The translations under genes were made by a program, and so were the position numbers. Positions 46,948 through 55,252 of a stretch of 64,000 nt of DNA are shown in pieces. The notes under the pieces were generated by a model. That model made no database searches, was not told the DNA's origin, and saw only the letters and a list, made by a program, of their open reading frames with translations. How positions within the stretch are numbered: the stretch's first letter is position 1; every line of letters begins with the position of its first letter. This stretch comes from Candidatus Daviesbacteria bacterium (GTDB lineage: Bacteria; Patescibacteriota; Microgenomatia; Daviesbacterales; UBA10151): the NCBI GenBank assembly GCA_016186955.1, contig JACPKP010000003.1, positions 66,290 through 130,289 of the forward strand. The letters are read 5' to 3'.

Positions 46948-47847
46948 TTAGCTAAACCCTCCATCCCATAAATATCTTACCCTTTTTTTTGGAACAAAAT
47001 AATTTTTCCTGTCCCTTATAGTATGGAGGAGATCAGCAATAAGGGTAACGAGGATCAGTACAGGTTTGTAGCGGGTATATGACCAGATTAAATCCTTAAA
47101 ACGGCGCTTATAATAAAACCAGGTAGACGTATTTTCTATAGTTAACTTTTTTACCTCCTTTTGTACTGAGTCTTTCTGGGAGATAATAATACTGTGTTTA
47201 TAAATAGTTGCCTGATACATTTTAATCCTGCAAAACTTTATATTTAGCCCTGTTTTTATGCAATTTACCATAAATGCTAAGTCTGCGATTGGAGTATTGG
47301 GGAAAAGGTTTGATTTGGCGAGCGAGCTTTTTCTAATTAAAAACCCCAGTCCGCAGGCGCCATGAATAAAGACATCCAATACACTTTTGCCATAATTTTG
47401 GCCGGGCCCAACATAGTTATAATGGAGTGCTCTTTTACCTTCATATTTAACTATGCCTCCGCAAACAAGCACATCAATTTCCTGGTGTTTTTCCATCGTT
47501 TCCACCGCTTTTTCCAGTCCTTGCGAAAATATCGTGTCATCATCGGGTAGGATTACTGCGTATTTGCCCCGTGCCAGGAGCAGGCCTTTGTTAGTGGCAT
47601 GGACATTGTTAAGATCAGGTTCTGATAAGAAAATATCAATTAATTTAGACCTTTTGGCTACTTTTATAGTTTGGTCACTAGAGTTTCCGTCAATAACAAC
47701 CAATTCATCCCCTTTTTTTCTGAGCGATCTGTATATCTTAAGCGCTTTTTTGAAATACTTGACTCTGTTTTTAGTGGGGATAATAAAACTGACTCTTTTA
47801 GTCAATAAATTGTCAATGTTTTTAACGGTTTTCATTAAATTTCTCAA
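46948..47847 (-). CDS. Glycosyltransferase family 2
   Basis: RVSFIIPTKNR...LVVIDGNSSDQT...VILPDDD. Confidence 0.65.
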   Translation of the reverse strand: MRNLMKTVKNIDNLLTKRVSFIIPTKNRVKYFKKALKIYRSLRKKGDELVVIDGNSSDQTIKVAKRSKLIDIFLSEPDLNNVHATNKGLLLARGKYAVILPDDDTIFSQGLEKAVETMEKHQEIDVLVCGGIVKYEGKRALHYNYVGPGQNYGKSVLDVFIHGACGLGFLIRKSSLAKSNLFPNTPIADLAFMVNCIKTGLNIKFCRIKMYQATIYKHSIIISQKDSVQKEVKKLTIENTSTWFYYKRRFKDLIWSYTRYKPVLILVTLIADLLHTIRDRKNYFVPKKRVRYLWDGGFS

Positions 47848-48655
47848 TATTCCATAATATCCAGACAGTCAACTTATACCACAAAAAGGCTAAAGTCAGC
47901 ATTGGGTGGTTAATCAGTTTCCGCCAGGATTTTATCCAGACCGCCAGCCTGTAAGCAAGATTGGATTGGATAGTAAGAGCTTTTGGGTGTTTTTTCTGGT
48001 AGTTTTTTATGTTTCTAATATAGTAGAGCTCTTTCTGCAGCAGCTTTGAGAGAGAATCTTTGGATTCATGATGGGTGATGAGGGAGATACGGGAGATTTG
48101 GGTAGAGTAACCTGCTTTGGCAAATCGTAAGGTTAAATCCCAATCTTCTGCTGCAATCAGCTTAGGGTCATAGCCTCCAATTTTCAAAAAATCCTTCTTT
48201 GGGAAAAATCTGGCGCCCAAAAGCCAGGTTGCATCATGATAGCAATTGCGCTCTAGCGCTAAAGCCCTGCCCCAAAAAGTGGTGCCTTGGGAATGCTCTT
48301 TGAGAGCAAGGATAGGGTATAGGGTATAGGGTATAGGGTATAGGTAGAAAGAAATACATTCTGTAACAGTATTTGATTTAAGCTCCATGTCTGCGTCAAT
48401 AAATAACAGATATTTACCTTTAGCAATTTGAGCACCAAAATTACGCTGAGTTGAGCGTTCAGAGCCTTGCAGAAAGACTTTTTTAGTAAATAATTTTGCT
48501 AATTTGACTGTTTTATCTTCTGAAAAATTATCAACTACAATTATTTCAATCTTCCCTCCATATTTTTGCCTTTTGATGGATTTTAAGCACCGCCCAATAT
48601 TTTGCTCCTCGTTTTTGGTGGGTACGATAATAGAAACAGTTGGGTATATTTTCAT
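47822..48655 (-). CDS. Glycosyltransferase family 2 (DPM1/GtrB-like); contains a heptanucleotide tandem repeat
   Basis: TVSIIVPTKNEEQNIGRCL...IEIIVVDNFSEDKT...QRNFGAQIAKGKYLLFIDADMEL. Confidence 0.7.
   Translation of the reverse strand: MKIYPTVSIIVPTKNEEQNIGRCLKSIKRQKYGGKIEIIVVDNFSEDKTVKLAKLFTKKVFLQGSERSTQRNFGAQIAKGKYLLFIDADMELKSNTVTECISFYLYPIPYTLYPILALKEHSQGTTFWGRALALERNCYHDATWLLGARFFPKKDFLKIGGYDPKLIAAEDWDLTLRFAKAGYSTQISRISLITHHESKDSLSKLLQKELYYIRNIKNYQKKHPKALTIQSNLAYRLAVWIKSWRKLINHPMLTLAFLWYKLTVWILWNIEKFNENR
48310..48344. repeat. Heptanucleotide tandem repeat (ATAGGGT, about 4.7 copies; TATACCC on the coding strand) inside the GT2 CDS
   Basis: Read directly. Encodes YPIPYTLYPI. Confidence 0.8.
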
Positions 48656-49785
48656 TTTTGATGATGTTGGTATGCAACTTTTTCAATTAACTTCAAGCTC
48701 ATTTTTTTGGATTTTTCCCATGTAAATTTTTTACTCCATGCCAAAGCCCCTTTTTTGAGCCTGCTGTATTTCTTCTGGTCATTTAGTAAATTGAGTATAT
48801 TATTTGCAAGCTCTAAAGGTGTATTATCTTTACAAATTACCCCTGAAATACCATGTTTTACAGAATCAACCAGCCCGGGAGATGAGTAAGCCATAACAGG
48901 TGTCCCAACACTGTTAGCTTCTATATTTACAAGTCCCCAGCCTTCCCGTGCCGAAGGATTGATTAGAAGATGTGAACGGGAAAGCAGTTTGAATTTATCT
49001 TTTTCTGAGACATATCCCCAGAATTTCACTTTTTTTGATATGCCAAATCTTGCAGCCAGTTTTTTCAATTTCCTGGTATAGATTGTTGTTTGGGGTTTTC
49101 CTATGACCCAAAAGCGGAAGTCACCCAGTTTATCTAAAAAAGAGTAGCATTTGAGCGCATCTTCAATGCCTTTATCTTTTGACAAAGCTCCCAGAAACAT
49201 AATCGTCCATTGTTTGTTTTTATGTATTTTTTTAAATTGAATTAGTTTAATCGCGTGGTTAATAATGTAGATCCTGTCAGGTTTAATACCAAGATTGACC
49301 AGGTCTTTTTTAGTAGAAGGTGAACCAGTCCAAAAGGGTATACCGGTGTAGATTTTAAAGATTAGAGGTTCAAGTACGTATCCCAGTAGTCCAAAGATCC
49401 AACTGAGAGGCCATTTTAGCTCATTCATAAACCAGACCTCTTTTGCTACCTCTTGAATCACTGCCAGCTTTTTTATTCTAATATAAAGCGGGGTAAAAAA
49501 CGGCAGGCCATGGAATTGATCAAACACCAGATCAAATTTAGACTGATTTCTTAAATAGTAAAAACAAGCAGCTATCTGGACTCCCAGATACTCGTGCCCG
49601 CTTCTTAAAATATTGACCCCATCGAGTGTTTCCTCTTTTGCAGCGCCTTGGAACCGGGAAGAAAATAGGTATACAGTATGTCCTGCTGCTATCCAGCCTT
49701 TGGCATGCTCATGGGTAACCTGTTCTGCGCCTCCTGCCAAAGGGTGTTTAGGGTCGCGCCAGGAAAGAATTAGTATGTTCATCAC
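48652..49785 (-). CDS. Glycosyltransferase family 4
   Basis: N-terminal MNILILSWRDP...GGAEQ. C-terminal INPSAREGWGLVNIEANSVGTPVMAY. Confidence 0.7.
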   Translation of the reverse strand: MMNILILSWRDPKHPLAGGAEQVTHEHAKGWIAAGHTVYLFSSRFQGAAKEETLDGVNILRSGHEYLGVQIAACFYYLRNQSKFDLVFDQFHGLPFFTPLYIRIKKLAVIQEVAKEVWFMNELKWPLSWIFGLLGYVLEPLIFKIYTGIPFWTGSPSTKKDLVNLGIKPDRIYIINHAIKLIQFKKIHKNKQWTIMFLGALSKDKGIEDALKCYSFLDKLGDFRFWVIGKPQTTIYTRKLKKLAARFGISKKVKFWGYVSEKDKFKLLSRSHLLINPSAREGWGLVNIEANSVGTPVMAYSSPGLVDSVKHGISGVICKDNTPLELANNILNLLNDQKKYSRLKKGALAWSKKFTWEKSKKMSLKLIEKVAYQHHQK

Positions 49786-50597
49786 CCTATATTTACTCTA
49801 AAGTTAAGCTCCGGGTCAAATACCCATCTTCTTTTATTTTTGTCAGAATAATAATGCATCAGTTTTAACCTGTAAAAAACCGCCAAAGTATCCCAAAGTA
49901 TCCGGAATATTGTTATATAAAAGTTTTTACCTGTAACAGCTGAAGTATTGCCAAACTCCAGTTTAATCTCCACCGGAGCTTCAAAAATCCTTTTAAACCC
50001 TGTATAATTTGCAACAGCCAGTATTTCGATATCAAATGCGTAAGTTTTAACAAGCAGGCGGGGGAGCACTTTTTCCAAAACTTCTCTCCGGAAAAACTTC
50101 AGCCCTACCTGGGTGTCTTTGACCTTTAAGCCGAATAAAACCCCTGTTAAAACCTGGTATCCGATTGAAAGGATCCTTCTTTGCCATGGATAAATAACTT
50201 TAGAGACGGGATGCCTTTTTGACCCTACCACAATATCAGCCCCATACCACTCAAAATGTTCCAGCAGCATTGACAACCCGTTTGGGTTTAAATCCATGCC
50301 TGAATCTATAAAAGCGATAATATTTCCTCTGGCTTTAGCCATCCCAAAGCGGATAGCGTAACCCTTACCTCTATTGGTTTCATATCCGACCACTCGGACA
50401 CCAGGATTTTTTTTGGAAAATTCGGCTGCTTTTTGGAGTGTTTTGTCTGCGAATCCGTCTACCACACAGATCAACTCTGTTTTGTACCTAAGCTTGTCCA
50501 GGATTTGTTTAATCCTGCGCAGGTCTTTGATAATGGTTTTTTCCTGCTTGTAGGCAGGTATAATAATAGATATCAGGGTTTTTCTCATTGGCTGCAC
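49782..50597 (-). CDS. GT2 polyprenyl-phosphate sugar synthase-like (DPM1/ArnC-like)
   Basis: ISIIIPAYKQEK...LICVVDGFADKT...NRGKGYAIRFG...IAFIDSGMDL. First gene of the minus-strand operon. Confidence 0.55.
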   Translation of the reverse strand: MQPMRKTLISIIIPAYKQEKTIIKDLRRIKQILDKLRYKTELICVVDGFADKTLQKAAEFSKKNPGVRVVGYETNRGKGYAIRFGMAKARGNIIAFIDSGMDLNPNGLSMLLEHFEWYGADIVVGSKRHPVSKVIYPWQRRILSIGYQVLTGVLFGLKVKDTQVGLKFFRREVLEKVLPRLLVKTYAFDIEILAVANYTGFKRIFEAPVEIKLEFGNTSAVTGKNFYITIFRILWDTLAVFYRLKLMHYYSDKNKRRWVFDPELNFRVNIG

Positions 50598-50615
50598 CTT
50601 TTATAACCTTTTTTC

Positions 50616-50661
50616 TTATCCAGATCAAGTGTTGTTTAAGAGTTATCCACAGTTATCCACA
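50616..50661. promoter_or_regulatory. DnaA-box cluster: TTATCCAGA at 50616-50624 plus two perfect tandem TTATCCACA boxes at 50643-50651 and 50653-50661 (a 10-bp AGTTATCCAC duplication)
   Basis: Exact match to the DnaA box consensus. Lies 20-65 bp upstream of the minus-strand gene start at 50597, at the edge of an ~830-bp ORF-free region. Confidence 0.45.
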
Positions 50662-51305
50662 ACCGCTATTTTTTGCCCAAAAGATTTTTAAGGCAAGATG
50701 GTTTAATTGGTATATCAAGCTAATCATGCTCCAATATCCCCCAAAATAAACTCCAGGCTGCCCTAAATTTTACGTATTTTTTGCTATGGGATCTGCAAAT
50801 CTTGACAAATAGTTTTTTATATGCTATCTTTTGAGCAGATGCTTAATTTTAGATTCAATACAAGAAGTAAATCAGGTATGGCCATAAGAAGAAGGCAGAT
50901 AGGAAACCGTGATTCTATGGAAAGTCATGTCAGGAAAGTTTTAACAGACCTTGATCAGAGGTTGATACTGATGGTCAGGAACTGAAAGTTCTTTAACAGC
51001 ACAAAAAAAGAGCATTACTACCGCAGACGGACTCGAATAGCAATGCTCCTTTATTAATTACGAAAATAACCTCAAGAGCAGTTAAAAGTTATTTTCTATA
51101 TTTAGAATATTCATAAAACTGCTTTGTTGTCAAGTAGTCATTTTTGGGAGATTATGGATCAGTATCGGGGGTTTGTCTAGGGCAGGGACAAGTCCCCGAT
51201 ATTGGTCCCTAACAGCGGGAGGAGATTTGACAATACACCCTTCGGCTGCGCCGGAGCAGGGCAGGGTCCAGTCTCCAATCTGAATTAGCACCACGGGTTG
51301 TCGTC

Positions 51306-51334
51306 TTGACACAGTATCAACTTTGTGTTTTAAT
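51306..51334 (+). promoter_or_regulatory. Putative sigma70-type promoter for rho (TTGACA, 17 nt, TTTAAT)
   Basis: Read from the sequence. About 95 nt upstream of the rho ATG. Confidence 0.3.
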
Positions 51335-51428
51335 ATAAGGTTAGATACTCAAATTTGTCTTTTCCAAATATAGTTTTAAATAAATAGACCTCTATCCTAA
51401 ATGAAATTTCACTTTTCACTTTAAATTT

Positions 51429-52712
51429 ATGGCTAATACACGTTCATTCAAACCTGCCCGCAACACTTCAGAGACTGTAGAGGATATGGTCGGAAAACCT
51501 GTGGAACCGGAAAACCACAACGGTTACCGTTCCAACGGTTACGGTGAGCGGGATTATTCCACACGGGATGTCCCTACGGAGCAGGTGGCAGGTTACCTGG
51601 ATATTATGCCGGAAGGCCACGGGTTTTTAAGGCCAAAATATATCCCAAGCGACCGCGATGTCTATATCTCTGCCAGTCAGATTAGGCGTTTTAATTTACG
51701 GCCCGGGGATTTTGTTGAAGGCGGGGCCAGGCAGCCTAAAGAAAATGAGCGTTATTTCGGGCTGCTCCAGGTGGATAAAGTTAACGGTAAAGATGCCGAG
51801 CAGCTGGTTGCTTTGGACCAGGGTTCTGGCCGGGGAAAAACTAGACGGGTGAGGTTTGAAGACCTGACTGCGATTTACCCAAACCGCAAGTTGAAGCTTG
51901 AAACCGGGAAGGCTCCACTGTCCCAGCGGGTTATAGACTTGATTGCTCCGATCGGTTTTGGACAGCGTGGTTTGATTGTTTCCCCCCCTAAAGCAGGTAA
52001 AACTACAATTTTGAAAGATATTGCAGCAGGTATAGCCAAAAACCATCCCGATGCAGTGCTTATGGCAGTCTTGGTAGGCGAACGTCCGGAAGAAGTTACT
52101 GACATCTCCCGTTCAATTAAAGGCGACGTAATCGCTTCAAATTTTGATGAACCGGCGGAAAACCAGACTAGGGCTGCAGAAATTGCCCTGGAGCGTGCAA
52201 AAAGGCTGGTCGAAGAAGGTAAAGATGTGATCATCCTGTTGGATTCTGTTACCAGGCTTGGCCGTGCCTATAATCTGGTTGTCCCGCCATCCGGCAGGAC
52301 CCTGTCAGGGGGTTTTGACCCGGTTGCGCTTTACCCTCCCAAGCATTTCTTCGGGGCGGCCCGCAATTGTGAAGAGGGCGGTTCTTTGACCATTATCGGG
52401 ACAGCGCTTGTTGACACCGGTTCAAGGATGGATGACTTAATTTATGAGGAGTTTAAAGGCACTGGGAATATGGAGTTGCACCTGGACCGCCGCTTGGCTG
52501 AACGCAGGATTTATCCGGCTATAGATATAGAAGCTTCATCTACCAGACAGGAACAGCTGCTGTTTAAAGAAGATCTGTACAGGCAGATTATTGTGATGAG
52601 AAGGATGCTGGGGATCCTAAATGGGGAAGAAAGGACAGCGGTATTTTTGGAAAGGCTTGAAAAAACTGCAGATAATGATGAGTTCTTAAGCTCACTCAAA
52701 GACGTTAAGTAA
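51429..52712 (+). CDS. rho: Transcription termination factor Rho
   Basis: N-terminal RNA-binding region ...FGLLQVDKVNG. Walker A GQRGLIVSPPKAGKT. Walker B VIILLDSVTRL. Q- and R-loop regions are present. 427 aa. Confidence 0.95.
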   Translation: MANTRSFKPARNTSETVEDMVGKPVEPENHNGYRSNGYGERDYSTRDVPTEQVAGYLDIMPEGHGFLRPKYIPSDRDVYISASQIRRFNLRPGDFVEGGARQPKENERYFGLLQVDKVNGKDAEQLVALDQGSGRGKTRRVRFEDLTAIYPNRKLKLETGKAPLSQRVIDLIAPIGFGQRGLIVSPPKAGKTTILKDIAAGIAKNHPDAVLMAVLVGERPEEVTDISRSIKGDVIASNFDEPAENQTRAAEIALERAKRLVEEGKDVIILLDSVTRLGRAYNLVVPPSGRTLSGGFDPVALYPPKHFFGAARNCEEGGSLTIIGTALVDTGSRMDDLIYEEFKGTGNMELHLDRRLAERRIYPAIDIEASSTRQEQLLFKEDLYRQIIVMRRMLGILNGEERTAVFLERLEKTADNDEFLSSLKDVK

Positions 52713-52825
52713 TACCACCCTTTGTCAAGTTGACACCTCATTGACAGTCTCTGTTAAAATACTTTGAAGAGGCCTTTAAGGTTATTAAGGCAGTTAAGTA
52801 ATACCTTAAGCAAACTTAATCCTAA

Positions 52826-53941
52826 ATGAATTCTACCAAAGATGATTTAGCCTCACTTTTAAAATTTTTAGTCATCTACCAGTCCAGAAAAACTCGTGTA
52901 TTTGGCGCTAATTTCGAACGGTTCAAAAACACTTCAGTAGAGGTTTTGATGCACCGGAGAGGAAAGCTGCAAAAATCAGTATTCCATACTTCAATGATAG
53001 GGTTGGCTTCAGTCGGGGTTTTAACATCAGGAGTTTTAGGGGGTAATTCCCTGGTTGCTTCTTCCCTTCCCGGAGTGGGCGGGCCTGACCCAAGGATTAT
53101 TGAGACATATGACCCTAATGCTTCGGGCGTCAGCTTGGATTCCCTGATCGATTTCCATACTGATATTTCCCAAAAACCCCGGTCTGAAATTTTGGAATAT
53201 GAGGTTAAAAGCGGTGAAACCATTTCGCAGATAGCTGTAAAATTTGGCATATCGGTTGAAACCATTAAATGGGCCAATAACCTTGACTCTGTGCACACCA
53301 TAAAACCAGGCCAAATCTTAAAAATACTGCCTGTTTCAGGCGTGATGCATACCGTAAAAAGCGGTGATACCCTGGAATCAATTGCCAAAAAATACTCTGC
53401 AGAGGCGCAGGCAATTTTGGATTACCCTTTTAACGACGTACCGGATGATTTTAAACTGAAGATAGGACAGGTGTTGGTTATACCTGACGGTGCTCCTCCT
53501 GAAACTAAGGTAAAACCCAGGTTACAACCGCAATATATTGCCCAGGGTCCATCAACCCAATTTAGCGCACCGGGTGGGGGTAACTTTATTTGGCCGACTA
53601 CCTTACAAGGCATTTCACAATATTTTGCCTGGTACCATCCCGGGATAGACCTGCCAAACAGGTCTGCGCCGCCTATTCTGGCATCAGACGGGGGGACTAT
53701 TATTGTTGCCGGATGGCCTGATAACTATGGGTATGGCAACAGGATAGTCATAGACCATGGGAATGGCTACCAAACCCTTTACGCGCATTTATCAAATATC
53801 TATGTCTCTGCGGGTCAGACAGTCTCAAGGGGACAGGCGATAGGCCAGATGGGTTCTACGGGCCGTTCTACAGGGACACACCTGCATTTTGAAATCCATT
53901 TCAAGGGAGTAGCTGTCAACCCTCTGGCAATTTTGAAATAG
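52826..53941 (+). CDS. LysM-domain M23 family metallopeptidase
   Basis: Two LysM repeats (YEVKSGETISQIAVKFGISVETIKWAN and HTVKSGDTLESIAKKY). M23 catalytic region HPGIDL...YGNRIVIDHGNGYQTLYAHL...GSTGRSTGTHLHFEI. Confidence 0.85.
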   Translation: MNSTKDDLASLLKFLVIYQSRKTRVFGANFERFKNTSVEVLMHRRGKLQKSVFHTSMIGLASVGVLTSGVLGGNSLVASSLPGVGGPDPRIIETYDPNASGVSLDSLIDFHTDISQKPRSEILEYEVKSGETISQIAVKFGISVETIKWANNLDSVHTIKPGQILKILPVSGVMHTVKSGDTLESIAKKYSAEAQAILDYPFNDVPDDFKLKIGQVLVIPDGAPPETKVKPRLQPQYIAQGPSTQFSAPGGGNFIWPTTLQGISQYFAWYHPGIDLPNRSAPPILASDGGTIIVAGWPDNYGYGNRIVIDHGNGYQTLYAHLSNIYVSAGQTVSRGQAIGQMGSTGRSTGTHLHFEIHFKGVAVNPLAILK

Positions 53942-53958
53942 GAGTATACTTAGCACAT

Positions 53959-54031
53959 GGGCCGTTAGCTCATTTGGTAGAGCGTCTGGCTGGCAGTCAG
54001 AAGGTGACCGGTTCAAGCCCGGTACGGTCCA
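53959..54031 (+). tRNA. tRNA-Ala (anticodon GGC)
   Basis: Manual cloverleaf: acceptor GGGCCGT/ACGGTCC with G3:U70, D-arm GCTC-ATTTGGTA-GAGC, anticodon stem TCTGG/TCAGA with loop CTGGCAG, T-arm ACCGG-TTCAAGC-CCGGT, discriminator A. CCA is not encoded. Confidence 0.8.
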
Positions 54032-54053
54032 CTTAAAAATATATAATTAAATT

Positions 54054-54584
54054 ATGGCAGAAACTGATATTACAACCAAAAATCAGGCCTTGCAGCCCCA
54101 AGCTGCAACTTCTGGAGGGGTGAAGGCAGCAAAAAATGGTGTGGAGGAAAGGGTTATCCGCATCCAGGTTATAGGAGGCGTGGCAAACGGTGATTACCCC
54201 TCATCTGATTTTCAGACTGCTAAAAGAACGTGGGAGGCTTTTGTAGAAGCAGGCATTGAGCCCCAATTTTTAGTTGCTAATGGGCTGCATGAGGGGCACA
54301 ATTACCAGGTTTCAGAAGTTTCTACCAGGCAGTTGCTCAAAAAAGGAGGAGTAATCAACTTGATAGGGGAATCAAGGGCTACTGAGGAAGCTTTGCTGGC
54401 ATATAATTATACTAAGTCACAGGCTCAAGCTGACAATAATTTAATCAGTGGTACAGATAAAAAGACTGCTTTAGTTAAGGTAAGCCAGGAACTGGGTAAG
54501 TTTGATGAAGCAGGAGAAATCGTAGAGGCAACTGTGATATTGCCTGAAAAACAGCAGAAAATTGCTGAGCCTAACTCAAACTAA
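54054..54584 (+). CDS. Hypothetical soluble protein (176 aa) flanked by two tRNA-Ala genes
   Basis: Intact ORF with no TM helix or signal peptide. No recognisable domain. Confidence 0.5.
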   Translation: MAETDITTKNQALQPQAATSGGVKAAKNGVEERVIRIQVIGGVANGDYPSSDFQTAKRTWEAFVEAGIEPQFLVANGLHEGHNYQVSEVSTRQLLKKGGVINLIGESRATEEALLAYNYTKSQAQADNNLISGTDKKTALVKVSQELGKFDEAGEIVEATVILPEKQQKIAEPNSN

Positions 54585-54586
54585 TC

Positions 54587-54657
54587 GGGCTTGTAGGCAA
54601 GTGGTATACCGGTACATTCGCATTGTACAGTCCCGGGTTCGATTCCCGGCAAGTCCA
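54587..54657 (+). tRNA. tRNA-Ala (anticodon CGC), with a somewhat irregular D-arm
   Basis: Acceptor GGGCTTG/CAAGTCC with G3:U70. Anticodon stem GTACA/TGTAC with loop TTCGCAT. T-arm CCGGG-TTCGATT-CCCGG. Discriminator A. The D-stem has one mismatch. Confidence 0.6.
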
Positions 54658-54671
54658 CACAATATGAACAT

Positions 54672-54944
54672 TTACAATTTGTAGATATCATGACTGCCAA
54701 TTTTATGAAATAAAACCTTTCCTTGCCCCATAAATTCAAATATAATCCTATCTTTATAATTTATAGAAAATGCCCATAAACCTTCTAATTGACCAGTAAG
54801 TTTATGGGTTTTTGACGTAGGGGAAAATGGATCCTTTTTAAATAATTTCTCTGCCTTGATAGCCTGTTTCTGTATCTTTGGGGTGAGTTTTTTAAATTGT
54901 TTGACAAAATTACTTGAGTACTCTATTTGAGTAATAGCCATCAA
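54672..54944 (-). CDS. Type II toxin, RelE/ParE family
   Basis: KLTGQLEGLWAFSINYKDRIIFEF...VLFHKIGSHDIY, typical of the RelE/StbE family. 90 aa. 4-nt overlap with the upstream antitoxin. Confidence 0.7.
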   Translation of the reverse strand: MMAITQIEYSSNFVKQFKKLTPKIQKQAIKAEKLFKKDPFSPTSKTHKLTGQLEGLWAFSINYKDRIIFEFMGQGKVLFHKIGSHDIYKL

Positions 54945-55252
54945 ATTAAATCAGAGAGTGAGCCTGTTTTGATAGTTTTGTCTTCTTTATACTCTTTTCT
55001 GCCTTCCTCTACCACCCGGAGTGTATCCGCCACTTCCGCCTCGTAGGCAATTCTTCTCAGATTCTCTAAAGCCTTATAATCAATTATTGCCACATCTGGT
55101 TTATTGTTGGATAGCACAACCACAGGCTCCTTAGTTTTTTTGACCCTATCAAAAACCTTACGGTAGTTTTTTTGTATATCAGATACAGAGACTGTATTAG
55201 GCATCAATGTAATCATAATATGTATAATATTACATAAAATTTTATATGTCAA
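54941..55252 (-). CDS. Type II antitoxin, Phd/YefM family (start probably an internal Met)
   Basis: VSVSDIQKNYRKVFDRVKKTKEPVVVLSNNKPDVAIIDYKALENL. Confidence 0.65.
   Translation of the reverse strand: MTYKILCNIIHIMITLMPNTVSVSDIQKNYRKVFDRVKKTKEPVVVLSNNKPDVAIIDYKALENLRRIAYEAEVADTLRVVEEGRKEYKEDKTIKTGSLSDLI

Noticed and set aside
51130-51312. 60-aa minus-strand ORF in the region upstream of rho
   Set aside because: It overlaps the putative rho promoter and the GC-rich hairpins, and has no coding signal. The region is more likely noncoding or structured RNA.
50598-51428. SRP RNA or RNase P RNA in the large noncoding region
   Set aside because: A GGTCAGG...GAAA-tetraloop...CAGCAC segment at 50965-51000 is reminiscent of the SRP RNA domain IV motif. 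The flanking sequence does not form the required long helix and the RNase P conserved regions are absent. It is left as an unassigned structured region.
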